A DNA stretch of 63,659 nt, counting the filler, from Lenisia limosa (taxonomy: Eukaryota > Protista > Breviatea): NCBI GenBank assembly GCA_001655205.1. It is 13 parts of 13 records of this genome, joined end to end, with 100 filler letters (N's around TTAATTAATTAA, not from the genome) between each part and the next. Parts side by side here need not be neighbours in the genome. Positions count along the whole stretch, not along the records: positions 33,906 to 37,253 come from LPNZ01001448.1; positions 37,354 to 40,310 come from LPNZ01005817.1; positions 40,411 to 45,039 come from LPNZ01011191.1; positions 45,140 to 49,512 come from LPNZ01004434.1; 9 more parts are not named here. One strand, written 5' to 3'. Of this stretch, positions 35,541-48,100 are shown one piece after another. Positions within the stretch are counted from its first letter, which is position 1. The number at the start of each line of letters is the position of its first letter. The position numbers and the translations under genes were made by a program. The notes under the pieces were generated by a model that ran no database searches, was not told the DNA's origin, and was given only the letters and a program-made list of their open reading frames with translations.

Positions 35541-35759
35541 CTTTCCCGAAAATACTCGTTACATGGGATTTTCGCTTAGTTTTTAGAAGCCTTATTATTA
35601 GTTAGAAATATACGAATGCTTCCTCTCTTTACACTGTCTTCAAATTTTCGTCCAGAGACTGCCCATTTAATAGTTAAAGAACATGGGGTAAAACACAACA
35701 CCATCCGCTATTAGTTCTGCGTTTTTGTATTTTCCCTCCCCTTTACTCTTCCATTTAGT

Positions 35760-37250
35760 ATGGTTGAATTAGATAAATCCAGTCAGACACGGCAACTCGA
35801 GCGGGAGCGGGAATTTAAAAAATCCCAAGGTTGGCTGGATGGTTTGTGCTCAACTACGCTCATGTTGCCCTTTCCTGACCTCCCACCTCATGATTTATAT
35901 TGGTATAGTATTAGGCTTTTATTTAACCAGCATCCGAGGTGGTGTACATCTGTTTTTATCTTTGTCACCTGCACTTGCCATTTACATCATATTTCGTGTG
36001 TAATCCTTCTTAAAGTACCCCATATGAAGACATCAAACAGTCCAACCTCTATGATGAGGGTAAAATATCACGTTTGAAATTAACAGATCTTTTCAAAAGG
36101 TTGTTCCGTCAACATAACATGTTTAGCTAACATTTGTCATTGGTGGTGGTGGTGTCACATGCGCAATCCATTTTCAGTTATCATGCTAATCCTTGTTTTT
36201 TTTTTGCCAAATCACGATCGTTTCCCCTTGGATAATAATGGCATGTCATATATGAAGTGAGTCATTTTCGTTTTTTGATGTTTTCTGCCTTCAGAGTACT
36301 TTCCGTGTCAATTGTCAAAATTGTTGGCTTTATCCCCGTCTCATTCTAACTTCTCCATTGTTGATATTTGGGCTGTTTTTGACCATTCACGCGAACAGTC
36401 GTTTCGGCCAAAGACCCCTCGATTGTTCCCTTCGACTCTCCTGAAGTCCATGAGCCTGGTAGGAGTTGGGGGGTTGTATATGTATAATTCAGATAATATC
36501 ATAAATTTATTACTAGATGAGGGGGGGTCTGGAATATTCATTCTGAACATCATTCGTTCAATCAATAGTTATAACGTAGAGTCCATTGTTCTAATTCAGT
36601 AGAAGGAGCCTCAGCTGGTGCATCCATATTCAATATCGTAAATGTTGGAATGGGGTTGTCACAAGCTAATGGTGGTTAATTGAATTGACTTCATTATCGT
36701 GTTTGGTTTGATGCCTTTTTATCCCTGTCATTTCAACATAGCTACAGAAATGTCATAACTAGGGCTTCACTTCAGTCCGAAAAAAGACCTGTTCAATATG
36801 AATAGTTTTCAAAGATTTAGTCAGCAATTCAGTCTTTTTTTTTTTGAGCAAAAGTGAAACCCATGTCATAACATATCTGTCATCATACAGGGTATATGAT
36901 ATGATATCCGTCACTTTTCAGAGCACTATTGGGTCTGGGATCTTGGCAACCCCACTTTTATTCGCATGGTTAGTTTGGGTGTATTATAGGCTGATGAGGG
37001 AGGAGTGAATAATGTACATCTTATATTATATCTATCTATCTATCTATATTATATATATCGATGCACCCGCGGACTCAAAAAAAGCCGTCAGCCGAACCGG
37101 TGTTTCCGTATGATTTTGACTTCACAGGAACGGGGCGATCTTGGCGATCATTCTTTTGGCGATAAGTGGTGCGTTGATGGCTTACACCGCAAGTAAGGGG
37201 TGAGAGAACATGGAGGCCAGAAGCCCAGAATACTTGGGGATTCCTCCTGA
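35760..37250 (+). CDS. Putative amino-acid transporter (AAAP/SLC38-like), multi-exon, partial
   Basis: EGASAGASIFNIVNVGMG (~36602) and GAILAIILLAISGALMAYTA (~37126) resemble TM1/TM2 of Aa_trans proteins. Confidence 0.45.
36760..36863. mobile_element. MITE family A copy
   Basis: TAGGGCTTCACTTCAGTCCGAAAAAAGAC...GTCTTTTTT..GAGCAAAAGTGAAACCCA. Confidence 0.7.
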
Positions 37251-37409
37251 GTTNNNNNNNNNNNNNNNNNNNNNNNNNNNNNNNNNNNNNNNNNNNNTTA
37301 ATTAATTAANNNNNNNNNNNNNNNNNNNNNNNNNNNNNNNNNNNNNNNNNNNNTCGTTGCAATGGCTAGACTGGTGAGAGATATATAATAATGCTTCAGT
37401 TGCTATTGC

Positions 37410-38772
37410 TCAAAATGACCATCTCGAATTGAGAATCATGACATTTTCCATTTTGCAATCTTCCATAATAATCATAGTACTATACAGTATACCCCACCAA
37501 CCTTGAATGACGTAACCTATAAATGACCCAAATATCAGCAACAACAAAATCGGTCGTCGCCCCAGCGCATCACTTTTCTTCCCAGCTGAAAAATGTAAAG
37601 GTATGTGAACATGAGGGCAAAGGAGCTTCAATTCAGTTTTAACAAACATAATATTATATCAAAGATTCTTCACCAAAAGAGTCCAGTATATTTGTCCCAT
37701 CCTACCTATAGAAGAAGAGAGTGAGGATGAAAGTGCGTAGGCGCCAACTAAGATGCCCAGTTCAAAACCGCCAACATCAAACCTTTAGTGTCAATATCCT
37801 ATGACGAATAACCTGTCAACTGTATTTTCCATCCAGGATAGAATGAAGCAACTATTGTTGAAGGTAAAATACAAACTATGTTACATCAAACAATATGAGA
37901 TCGTTTAATCATATGCGAATTGTTCTTTTCCATGGAACGGGAATTCCCCATAAAGTCAGAGCTTAGCTTTTGGTTCAAAAAGACGAGGACAATATTTATC
38001 GAGAATTCATCGTGAATTCAGTCTTTTACGAAAATATGAAAAGAAACCTCTTACTCCTTTGTGAAGAATGGCATAAGTGGTAAAATGAGAGAATAGCCAA
38101 CATAGTCCACAAATACCTGAGAGTAAGATAAATATAAATGCAAGACAAACCCTCCCTCGAGAGGATAAAGAAATTAACAGCTATGCACCCCCCCCCCCCN
38201 NNNNNNNNNNNNNNNNNNNNNNNNNNNNNNNNNNNNNNNNNNNNNNNNNNNNNNNNNNNNNNNNTGTTCAGGCGCATCATCGCTCGCTTCAGGTTCAGTT
38301 GCTTCTTCCCTCTTTTCCTCTTCCTCTTTACCCTTTGTATCTTCATCTTCCCCCTTTTTTTCTTCTCTCGCCTTTTCTTCTTCTTCCCCATTTTCTCCAC
38401 CTTCCAATCTTTCTTCTTCTCTCTTCTTTTCTTCTTCTCTCACTTCTACTTCTTCATCCTGGACGCACTCTTTCTCCTTCATTTCAATATCATCAGCTGC
38501 TATGACCTTTTCTTTCCTAAAAGATGGGAAATGAACTGAGGTCAAGGGATGTTAGAAAGGTGGGGTTAAGCTATCTCAGAGTTCCAACGTGAAAAAGTGA
38601 AAGCAACAATTGGCAACAAGAAAAGATGAAAAAAAAAAGAATGTGCTATCGTTTGTAAATGAATACCAAAGCAACTTGAGGAAAGCACAAAAAGACTGAT
38701 AACAGGTGAAAAAGGCTCCGCAAACCATTCTTCGTCATTATGATCAACGATAAGAGCATCTGAAAGAGTCAT
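37410..38772 (-). CDS. Major facilitator superfamily transporter (TetA/DHA1-like) with acidic N-terminal region, partial
   Basis: VFVDYVGYSLILPLMPFFTKE, FDVGGFELGILVGAYALSSSLSSSI and GKKSDALGRRPILLLLIFGSFIGYVIQG (MFS motif A). Confidence 0.75.
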
Positions 38773-39274
38773 ACAGTATCATATACAACTTTGGCTTTGG
38801 GTGATTTTGACAAGCCGANNNNNNNNNNNNNNNNNNNNNNNNNNNNNNNNNNNNNNNNNNNNNNNNNNNNNNNNNNNNCATACCTGTCATTTCCTTCTTC
38901 TACCGTGAATTAACTGCCTGTGAACTTCATTAAAATGATGTGCGACAAGGATCAGGAGGCAGGAAGAAGAAGGAGGGGGGTGGGATATGATGAATGTGAT
39001 GATATGCGTTGCAATACTGTGACCTCTTCTGACTTCCACTCTTTTGTGCGTTTGTAAGGACCTAGTTGTGTTGTAATGTGTGGCGCATTTTTGCGTGTGG
39101 CTTTTTTGGGGTCCCTTGTCGAAAAAAGGGATCAAGTTACACCCCAGAATATTTTCAATTAATTGATCTTGCATTTTTTTCTTACATTCCTTGTGTCATA
39201 GATATATTGTTCATATATTGTAACAATAAATTAAAGCTGAGGATTAATTAGTATATTTCTTAACTAATTGCATA

Positions 39275-40171
39275 ATGTCTTCCATGAGAGATGTCTTTGG
39301 ACTGCCTAAACTGCCTCAAACCAAGACTCCTATGGTTAAAACTGGAATCGCAGCCCTTATGAGCGGCGGGGATCCCGAGACTATGTCAACCGTTACTCCC
39401 AGGAGGCAATCAGCAATGGATTCTATCATGAACCCAACTGCAGCTGGTTCTTTCATGTCTACACCTAGAAAAGGACGCTCTTCAGTCGCTGCCATGGTTG
39501 CTGCTTCACCTCCTTGTTCGATCAAGGTCTCCAAAGCCACTTCTGAGAACGAAATTGCCTCAAAGAAGGAGTATGAAATGATTCTGGAAGCCAACAAACG
39601 CCTTGAGAACGAATTGAAGTTTCAGAAAACCGTTGAGCTCCAACAACAGAACCAAGCTTCAAAGCTCTCCTCTCAGTAAGCTTATTCTATTATCGAAAAT
39701 ATTGTAAATCTTCTATATTTGTGAAAATCCTGCAAAACTGAATTGAATTTCTGAGACTTACTATTCCAGAATCACAGCTCTCAACGCCGAGATTGCCAAG
39801 CTTAAGGTTGGATAAAATTCTCTTTTGTTTTCATGTTAGTAAATTTTAATTATTGCAAGGAATTGAGCAATAACTGAGATTGATCTTTAACAGTTATTTA
39901 TGATATTGTTACACAAAACGATATTTTTATTATTGAATGTTTTTGATTACAAGAGGAGGACCTGTGTGGGATTTTTTTTTAGCCAACACAGTTGATTGGT
40001 GAGGGGTGTTACATAACAGTAATACCCTTCAGGATTCAAAGCAAGAAACCGAGGGACGATTCCTGAAGATGGAAGCAGACCTTACCGAGGCTGACCGTTT
40101 GGCCATGTTCTACAAAAGCCTTGCTACCAAGGCCCAGCTGAAGGAGAGCTCCATTAGCGAGGAGATGGGCA
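39275..40171 (+). CDS. Coiled-coil hypothetical protein, 3'-partial
   Basis: ORF 39275-39674 splices in frame to ITALNAEIAKLK and DSKQETEGRFLKMEADL... Confidence 0.6.
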
Positions 40172-40434
40172 GGTGGGGGGGCTGTCATATTTTCCCTTTT
40201 TCATTTCCACTAGAGATTGTCGGTTGCGATTTATTACCTAATTTCCACTCTCTTTTTTCTGCTTTGTGTAGAAGTAACACCTATCCCTCTTTGATTTTTT
40301 TTTTTTTTCTNNNNNNNNNNNNNNNNNNNNNNNNNNNNNNNNNNNNNNNNNNNNTTAATTAATTAANNNNNNNNNNNNNNNNNNNNNNNNNNNNNNNNNN
40401 NNNNNNNNNNTCCTTCGTTTACCCCCCCCCCCAG

Positions 40435-43400
40435 GCACTGAGTATAGTCGACCATCCCGATCCGGTTCTCATGATGGCGGTGGCGGCACGGCTTTCTAAT
40501 GCGTATACCATGGTTGGAGGAGTATTAGCGCTTCAGTTCGAATAATACTGGTAAAATATCGATAGTTTTCGAGGATTTATCGAGAAATTTAGTCTTTTTT
40601 CAAACCAAAGTGAACCTTAACTGGGCTTTGTTTTTTTCTGTTATCAGCCCTCGTGTGTTGCCAACCAACAGAGTGGATTTTGGCCTTTTTTGTTTCATCT
40701 ATTTTCCAATTTCACCCCCCTCCAGAGCGGACGACCACAGGAGTCTCTCACAATCCTCAATTCAACCATGGTGGCATGTAATACCGCGTTATTGAGCCTT
40801 ACGAGGGGCTGTAATCCTGCCGTAGCTGTGGGGGGGTTAGGAGCAAGAATGTAAACGTATCAATTAATTGAAGGAAGAAAATACAAATAATGTAAATTCT
40901 GTACAGAGAAAATAAGAAAGGAATCAAGAAATAACCAGCAACATAAGTATGTATAGTATACTATGTATATAAAACAAATTTATTAATAGTTTATGATATC
41001 TTCTGTATATTTGCCTTAGCCGTAGGGGGGCGGGGGGATCATATGCTTGTTAGATATTACCGTTATTATCATATCTATGGTTTCTCTGCGTCCCAAAAAA
41101 GACTAAATTCTCGATAAATCCTCAAATTATTGTAGCAGTCTTTTTTGGACCGTAGGGAAGCCCTAATCATATCATACAGAGTATATAATCATGTCATATG
41201 TTAGTCTGTTATTTGAGAGCGGAATTTCCTTCGTTTTAGTAAAACCTTGTATGTTGTCAACCAACAGTGTTAATTTGGGCTTTTTTTGTTTCATAAATTT
41301 TCCAATTTTACCCCCCCCCCCNNNNNNNNNNNNNNNNNNNNNNNNNNNNNNNNNNNNNNNNNNNNNNNNNNNNNNNNNNNNNNNNNNNNNNNNNNNNNNN
41401 NNNNNNNNNNNNNNNNNNNNNNNNNNNNNCCCTTTTGCACCCTCGCCTCTTCCGTCTCCTTCGCCAACTCCCTCCGTCGTTGCCAAGGTGGGCTAAAATC
41501 GGATTTTTTTTTTAATAATATAATATGGAAGTTAAAATATCATTTAAAGGGGGGGATCAGAGTAATAATGGTTTGTGTTTATTGGGGAGGCGGAGGATGG
41601 TTAATGTACTCTAAGTAGGGCTACACTTCGGTTCGGAAGAAAACTCTGTAAATGTCTATATGAGGATTTATCGAGAAATGTAGTCTTTTTTCTAACCGAA
41701 TGAAGGCCCTAATTCAAAGGGGACAACCCCCTCCCTATCCACTTACGTATTCAGCTGAAACCTGCAAAATCCAAGGGAGGAAGGTCATCATCACAAAACA
41801 CCCGACATTCCGAGGAAAAGGAGAAGGAAAAAGAGAAAGATAAGGATGCAAAGTTGCCTAAAAAGGAAGGTAGCCCCCGTACGGCGGTCAAGGATCTGGT
41901 AAGTTACAGTTTTTTTTTATTTTTAATCGTGTAATTTTGACCTACATTGTTTTTTTTGTNNNNNNNNNNNNNNNNNNNNNNNNNNNNNNNNNNNNNNNNN
42001 NNNNNNNNNNNNNNNNNNNNNNNNNNNNNNNNNNNNNNNNNNNNNNNNNNNNNNNNNNNNNNNNNNNNNNNNNNNNNNNNNNNNNNNNNNNNNNNNNNNN
42101 NNNNNNNNNNNACTGGCATCGTGGAGGCCATATAGTCTGGGAGGACGTAAAAAAAAAAAACTTGACCCATATGATAGATAAACATACAATTAACTCCACA
42201 ATTTCAGTAAGAATTATAACTTCATCTCTTGCAGTGGCATAAGACTTACCATGTTGTATAGTTTATATGCAAGTAATACTGAAATGAGACACTAAACTTC
42301 CCATATAAGGAAATGTTGCTATAATGTCAGACATAATAGGGAAATGTTGCTAGAGTGACAGACATAAACTTACCATATAGGGAGGCACTGGGGAATTGAC
42401 CGACATGATTGCCAATTTGGCTGCATGCAAAATCGACCTTTTCCTGGAGTGGGCACGAATTAAACTTGCTCTCGGCTTGATTGAAGTCAAATTCGGTATG
42501 AGAGGGGGGATTGAAGTGTGATGGTGGTGTGGGGTTCCGAAATTTNNNNNNNNNNNNNNNNNNNNNNNNNNNNNNNNNNNNNNNNNNNNNNNNNNNNNNN
42601 NNNNNNNNNNNNNNNNNNNNNNNNNNNNNNNNNNNNNNNNNNNNNNNNNNNNNNNNNNNGGTATTCATCTTTTTTTTTATGGTTTCAAACCAAAGTGAAG
42701 CCCTTCATCTGACGTCTCACACTCCAGGAAACAATCTCCCTGAATACCGCACCCCTGACGCTCCCAACCACCTTGCTCTGAACTTTGGTGCAACCGCTCA
42801 GAAAACGACTAAACCGTCCAATGCCAAGACTGTGAGGGGCTGGGGGTAAGAGTAGAACACTGTTGAACCAAATTCATTTAAATATTCTTACACTCCAAGG
42901 GTTCATTCTGATATACGTTACCCCCCCCCCCGGGCCTGGGCTGTGTCTTTTGTTGTTATCAACCTTTGTATGTTGTCATTCTACAGAGTTGTTTTGGGCT
43001 TTGTTTGTTTGTTTGTTTGATAAATTTTCCAGTTGTACTCATTTTTCCTTTCTTTCCCCAGCCACACTATGACTTTTTTCCCTCCTTCCCACACAGTATC
43101 ATTTTACAATATTATAGCCCCATTTTTCCAAAAAAGCCGAGTCAGCAGTAAAGGCGGCAGCTCATCACGATCCAACCCTCCGCGCTATGGCCCTCGTCAT
43201 CATCGCTCTTATGCGGCACTATGCGCTGACTGTTCCCGAGGCGATTACGGCTGATATGATTGGCGGGCATGTTGGAGCTACTTCGTTTAAGCCTGGTGGG
43301 GAGAGGGGGTGATTACATGATAAGAGCAAGTCCCTACGATCCCAAAAAGACTGAATTTTTCGATAATCCTCATAATCTATCAATATTTTACCAGTCTTTT

Positions 43401-44858
43401 TCTGACCGTAGGGAAGCCCTACATCTGATGCTGTTTGAATATAGCTGTTTTGTTGGGTTGAAAATGATGTTTAAAATGATGTTAAAAACGATGTTCGAAA
43501 ATATGTTAAAAATGATTGTGTAATAAATATATAGTATGTGTTGAAGAGAATGTATGCGGCATTATGTCATGACTGTTCTTGAGGCGATTAGCTGATATGA
43601 CATTCGTGCACTATGTACAATATACATTGACTGTTTTAGATTTTGCGCAACTCATGAGCCACGTGTCTCTGTCAGCCCGTCCGTCCTCCCGCGGAAATGA
43701 TGGTTGGCGGGGGGAGGGGTGGTGAGTGGGTCAATATGTATTGAATACAAGACCAGGGAACAAAATACACATTACTATATAATATATAAAATACATTGAT
43801 AATAGTACAACGAAAAGACCTCAAGCAAATAAAATATACAACATCACGCTACATCTAATGTCAGGGAAGCGTCTTGAAGTGTGTTTTGTTTGAGGGGGGT
43901 TAATGATATGCTGGGCTGAGAGGGGGATATGCAGAATGAATACGGGGTCCAAATTGCTGTAATGTTTCATATCGTCCTATGTTTCTCCCTCTTCAAATGG
44001 TTGAATATTCTGTTATTTAAACTGTTTTTTTTGTTGCAGTCTTAGATTATTATTACATTCTATTCACAGTTAGGTTTTCTTTCATTAAAATTAATGCAGT
44101 TTCTTTCTTATATTACCCCAATTAGTGTACTAGATAGATGGAAAGTACAAAGGTCACGGTATTTCATCAAAATATTAAACTTATATCAATCAACCTTCCC
44201 AATATTCCTCGAAAGTTAATAATGATTATAATTAGTCAACTACCGTCNNNNNNNNNNNNNNNNNNNNNNNNNNNNNNNNNNNNNNNNNNNNNNNNNNNNN
44301 NNNNNNNNNNNNNNNNNNNNNNNNNNNNNNNNNNNNNNNNNNNNNNNNNNNNNNNNNNNNNNNNNNNNNNNNNNNNNNNNNNNNNNNNNNNNNNNNNNNN
44401 NNNNNNNNNNNNNNNNNNNNNNNNNNNAATATATTCTTTTTGACGATTATTGTATAACCCAAAAGGCAACCCATACTCTAATTGGGCCACTCTTATAACC
44501 CAAATTAGGCAACCCTCACCTGAATTAGGTAACCTAACCGCGCGCGCACGTATTATACGCGAACAACGTCAGCACCGCCAATCCTACATCCCCACGGACC
44601 AAAACCATCGAGACAATGAAACGGGTGGGGATTGCTTTTGATTATCAGGGGGATTGCTTTTGATTTCAGAGGGATTGTTTGGATGTATTCCCCCCCAATA
44701 TTACCATATTAATGTTGACTCCCCCCCCCCTCCCTTCATCAGACGACACTCAGCCAATGAAGGTGATTGCGAACATTCTAGCTGACGCTCTTCTGTCGTT
44801 GGATATGGCCGCACAGATGGAGCGTAATCTGGTCAAAGCCGTCCCTACTATTCCAGGT
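40435..44858 (+). CDS. Hypothetical helical-repeat protein, multi-exon, partial
   Basis: Exons ALSIVDHPDPVLMMAVAARLSNAY, SGRPQESLTILNSTMVACN, ELTDMIANLAACKIDLFLEWARIKLALGL and RAMALVIIALMRHYAL, flanked by GT/AG. Confidence 0.5.
41616..41711. mobile_element. MITE family A copy with degenerate 8-bp target duplication
   Basis: ACTCTAAG-TAGGG...CCCTA-ATTCAAAG (6/8 match). Confidence 0.75.
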
Positions 44859-45140
44859 ATGCTTTTATTAGTATATAATTTCATTATTATTATATTGAGA
44901 TGAGACTATATTGCATGATATAGTTAGGGATTCTCGACGGTACCAAAAAAGACTGAATTTCTCGATATATCCTCGATAAATATCGATATTTACCTATCTT
45001 TTTCGGACTGTAGGGGCACTTCATTTTATATTTTATTCTNNNNNNNNNNNNNNNNNNNNNNNNNNNNNNNNNNNNNNNNNNNNTTAATTAATTAANNNNN
45101 NNNNNNNNNNNNNNNNNNNNNNNNNNNNNNNNNNNNNNNT

Positions 45141-48100
45141 AACCCAGCTCCTCCTCCACCGCCCACGCCACCGTTCACCTGGGAAGGCACGGCTTTCAAA
45201 GAGGCGCTCCTGTCAAACCTCCATGGCAAGTTACTGTTGAAAAGTGGATGGGATGATGGTGGTAATGGTATGGTGTAGATAAGGGATGCGGTGCTGCAGA
45301 AGTAACCGGCCTGGGCTTTTTTTTGTTTTTGTTATCAACCCTCGTGTGTTTTCAACCGAGTTGATTTTGGGCTTTTTTGTTTCATAAATTGTCAAATTTA
45401 AGCCACAGTGTTCTTTTTCCTTTCTGTTTTGAACTCTTTGTAGTATAAAATACTAATTTTTGAAGAGAGTTGTTTCTTTACCCACCAGCGGCCTTGTTTG
45501 GATGGAGGTCGTTGACAGCTGCCTCTTCTCTTCGAACTAATTTGGTGCATAGAATTGATCTTGATTTGGTATGGGGGGGGGGGTGTTCTTAGTNNNNNNN
45601 NNNNNNNNNNNNNNNNNNNNNNNNNNNNNNNNNNNNNNNNNNNNNNNNNNNNNNNNNNNNNNNNNNNNNNNNNNNNNNNNNNNNNNNNNNNNNNNNNNNN
45701 NNNNTAATACTTGGAGTAATTGTTCATTTTTTCATTTCAATAGGATCGAGAGTCACTTCTCCAAGCCTTCCGATTTTGGCGGCAACAAACCATCGCCAAT
45801 CGCCCCACTCCACCCCCTCAAGTGAGTTGGAATAACATTGGCGAGTCGACTGGCCTGGGCTTTTTTTTGTGTATTTTTTTTCTTCTTCTCAATCCTCGTG
45901 TGTTGTTAGCCAACAGAGTTGATTTGGCCTCTTTTTTGATAGCCCCTTTATGATAATATCCCCCCCGCTAACATAATAAGCTCTATAACTCTCCACTAAA
46001 GGGATGAGATCTTTTTTTTCGATTCAAACTTTTTTTTTCCCAATAATTTCCAATTTTACACCCCCACCCCCACTCAGCGACTGGCCTTGTCTTTGTTTGC
46101 TTGGTTNNNNNNNNNNNNNNNNNNNNNNNNNNNNNNNNNNNNNNNNNNNNNNNNNNNNNNNNNNNNNNNNNNCAGAGTTGATTTTTTTTTTGTTTGTTTT
46201 TGTTTCAATAATTCCCAATTTGACCCCCTCAGGAAGAGCCACAGGCTGCCCCCGCATCCCCAATATCCGAGCCTCCATCCCCGCTTACACCCCTTCCCGA
46301 AGATAATCCAAAATCCCCCCTGAGCAAAGATCAAAACAGCCCACTACTCTCCCCAGAATCTCCTCCGACCAGTCGCCCAAGCCGGCTTTTAGACGAAGTT
46401 CTTGCACGTGACACGTCATCGGACTCCGGACCAGACCTTAGTGATATTGCTGAGCCGACTGAACTGGATTTGTCAGAAGAGCGGCAATCCAGTTCCGAAC
46501 CGCTTTTGACTCCAATTAGCCCGAACCAGAATAATTCTTCCGAGGCTTTTAAAAGGCCCGCGAGTCCGAAAGAGGAAAGTGGGGTTCCAAATAAGGAAGG
46601 CGAACTTCCGAAAAAGGAAAGTCCCCACCCAGCCTTGTTAGTAATAAGAAACGAAACCCAAGAACCCCAGAACCCCCTTCCCTCATCTATCGCACCTCCC
46701 AAACCCCTGCTTCCACCAAGCTCAGAACCCCAGTCCGCTGCAGAGCCACAGTTAAGTCCCCCTTCTCTTCAACTCGAATCTCCGCGGGCGTCCCCCTCGC
46801 CTGTTATTATTGAGTCAAATGCCCATCTTCCACCACTTTCCCCCATTATGTTCCCCCAAAGCCCACTATCTCCACAACGAAGCGAACAAGGCGGCAAGGA
46901 TCCCTTCACTATTTACGGAATGTCAGACACCCCAAAAGAGCCTGAAATCAAAGTACCATCTCCACCGTATGTTTTTTTTTTTCAATTACCATCTCCATCA
47001 TAAGTTTGGTCGGGGCTTGGATGTGTGTCTTTCAGAATTTCTCGATAAATCAACGATATTTCCATAGTTCCGATCTTTTTCTTACCTGAGTGAAGCCCTT
47101 ACTTTTGTGTTTTTTTTGCTGTTGTTTTTTGTTACATTGGCAAATGATTGGGTGAATTTATTATTATACTACATGTGTATAATCCAATATTTCTTATAAG
47201 CGTGATGTTGTGGACGGCTTTGGCCAGATACAACCTTGTTTTTCGAGTTTTATCATTGGAACACTATCCAGCTGACATTTCAAATCTCTTAGATCACCTC
47301 CCCCGCAATCAAACGCTACTTCGAACAATCAGGATTTGTCCACTTCCGACGAGGTTCCGATTCCGCCAGTTTGGGATTTGGTGAAGGGGGGGGGGGGGNN
47401 NNNNNNNNNNNNNNNNNNNNNNNNNNNNNNNNNNNNNNNNNNNNNNNNNNNNNNNNNNNNNNNNNNNNNNNNNNNNNNNNNNNNNNNNNNNNNNNNNNNN
47501 NNNNNNNNNNNNNNNNNNNNNNNNNNNNNNNNNNNNNNNNNNNNNNNNNNNNNNNNNNNNNNNNNNNNNNNNNNNNNNNNNNNNATATGATTTCCCAAGG
47601 AAAATAGGTCAAGGCTTATCCCGGTCTCTGTATATTATTGTCTCACTCTTTCTCCACCACCTGACACATCAGAACGCCGATCCGGCCATGGTGCAAGCCG
47701 CAGCAATGTACCATCGAATCCAGCTGCAAAGCAAGGCGTTCAGGTGGGTACTACATATCGATGTATGCATAATATAGCTATATCATATGTATATATACAA
47801 TGTTTCTCAAATGTGCTGCCAATAGAGTTAATTCTGGCTTCTATTTGTTTCTTCATATATTGTCCAACTTTTCTTCCCTCACCCTAAACAGGGCTCTTCT
47901 GAGCCACTATCGTCAACGACGCGAGTCTAATGCACGAATTTCCCGACTTGCAAAACCAAAGCGTCCTAAACAAAAGGTGAAAAAGCTGAGGTCTGTGGGG
48001 TTTTTTCTTTTTCTTTAGCTGTTTGTTTATCAAGCGCAAGAGTTGTGTCCAATATACGGTGACTGTTTGTCCCCTCTCTAACAAAATTCATTTTGTTGCA

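Noticed and set aside
38174-38545. ORF-track entries spanning N gaps or antisense to real exons
   Set aside because: These are artefacts of X-translation, alternative starts and low-complexity sequence.
45226-45231. Possible GC-AG donor (CATG|GCAAGT)
   Set aside because: Its phase does not match the next visible exon and an N gap may hide an exon; a GT donor lies 4 nt away.
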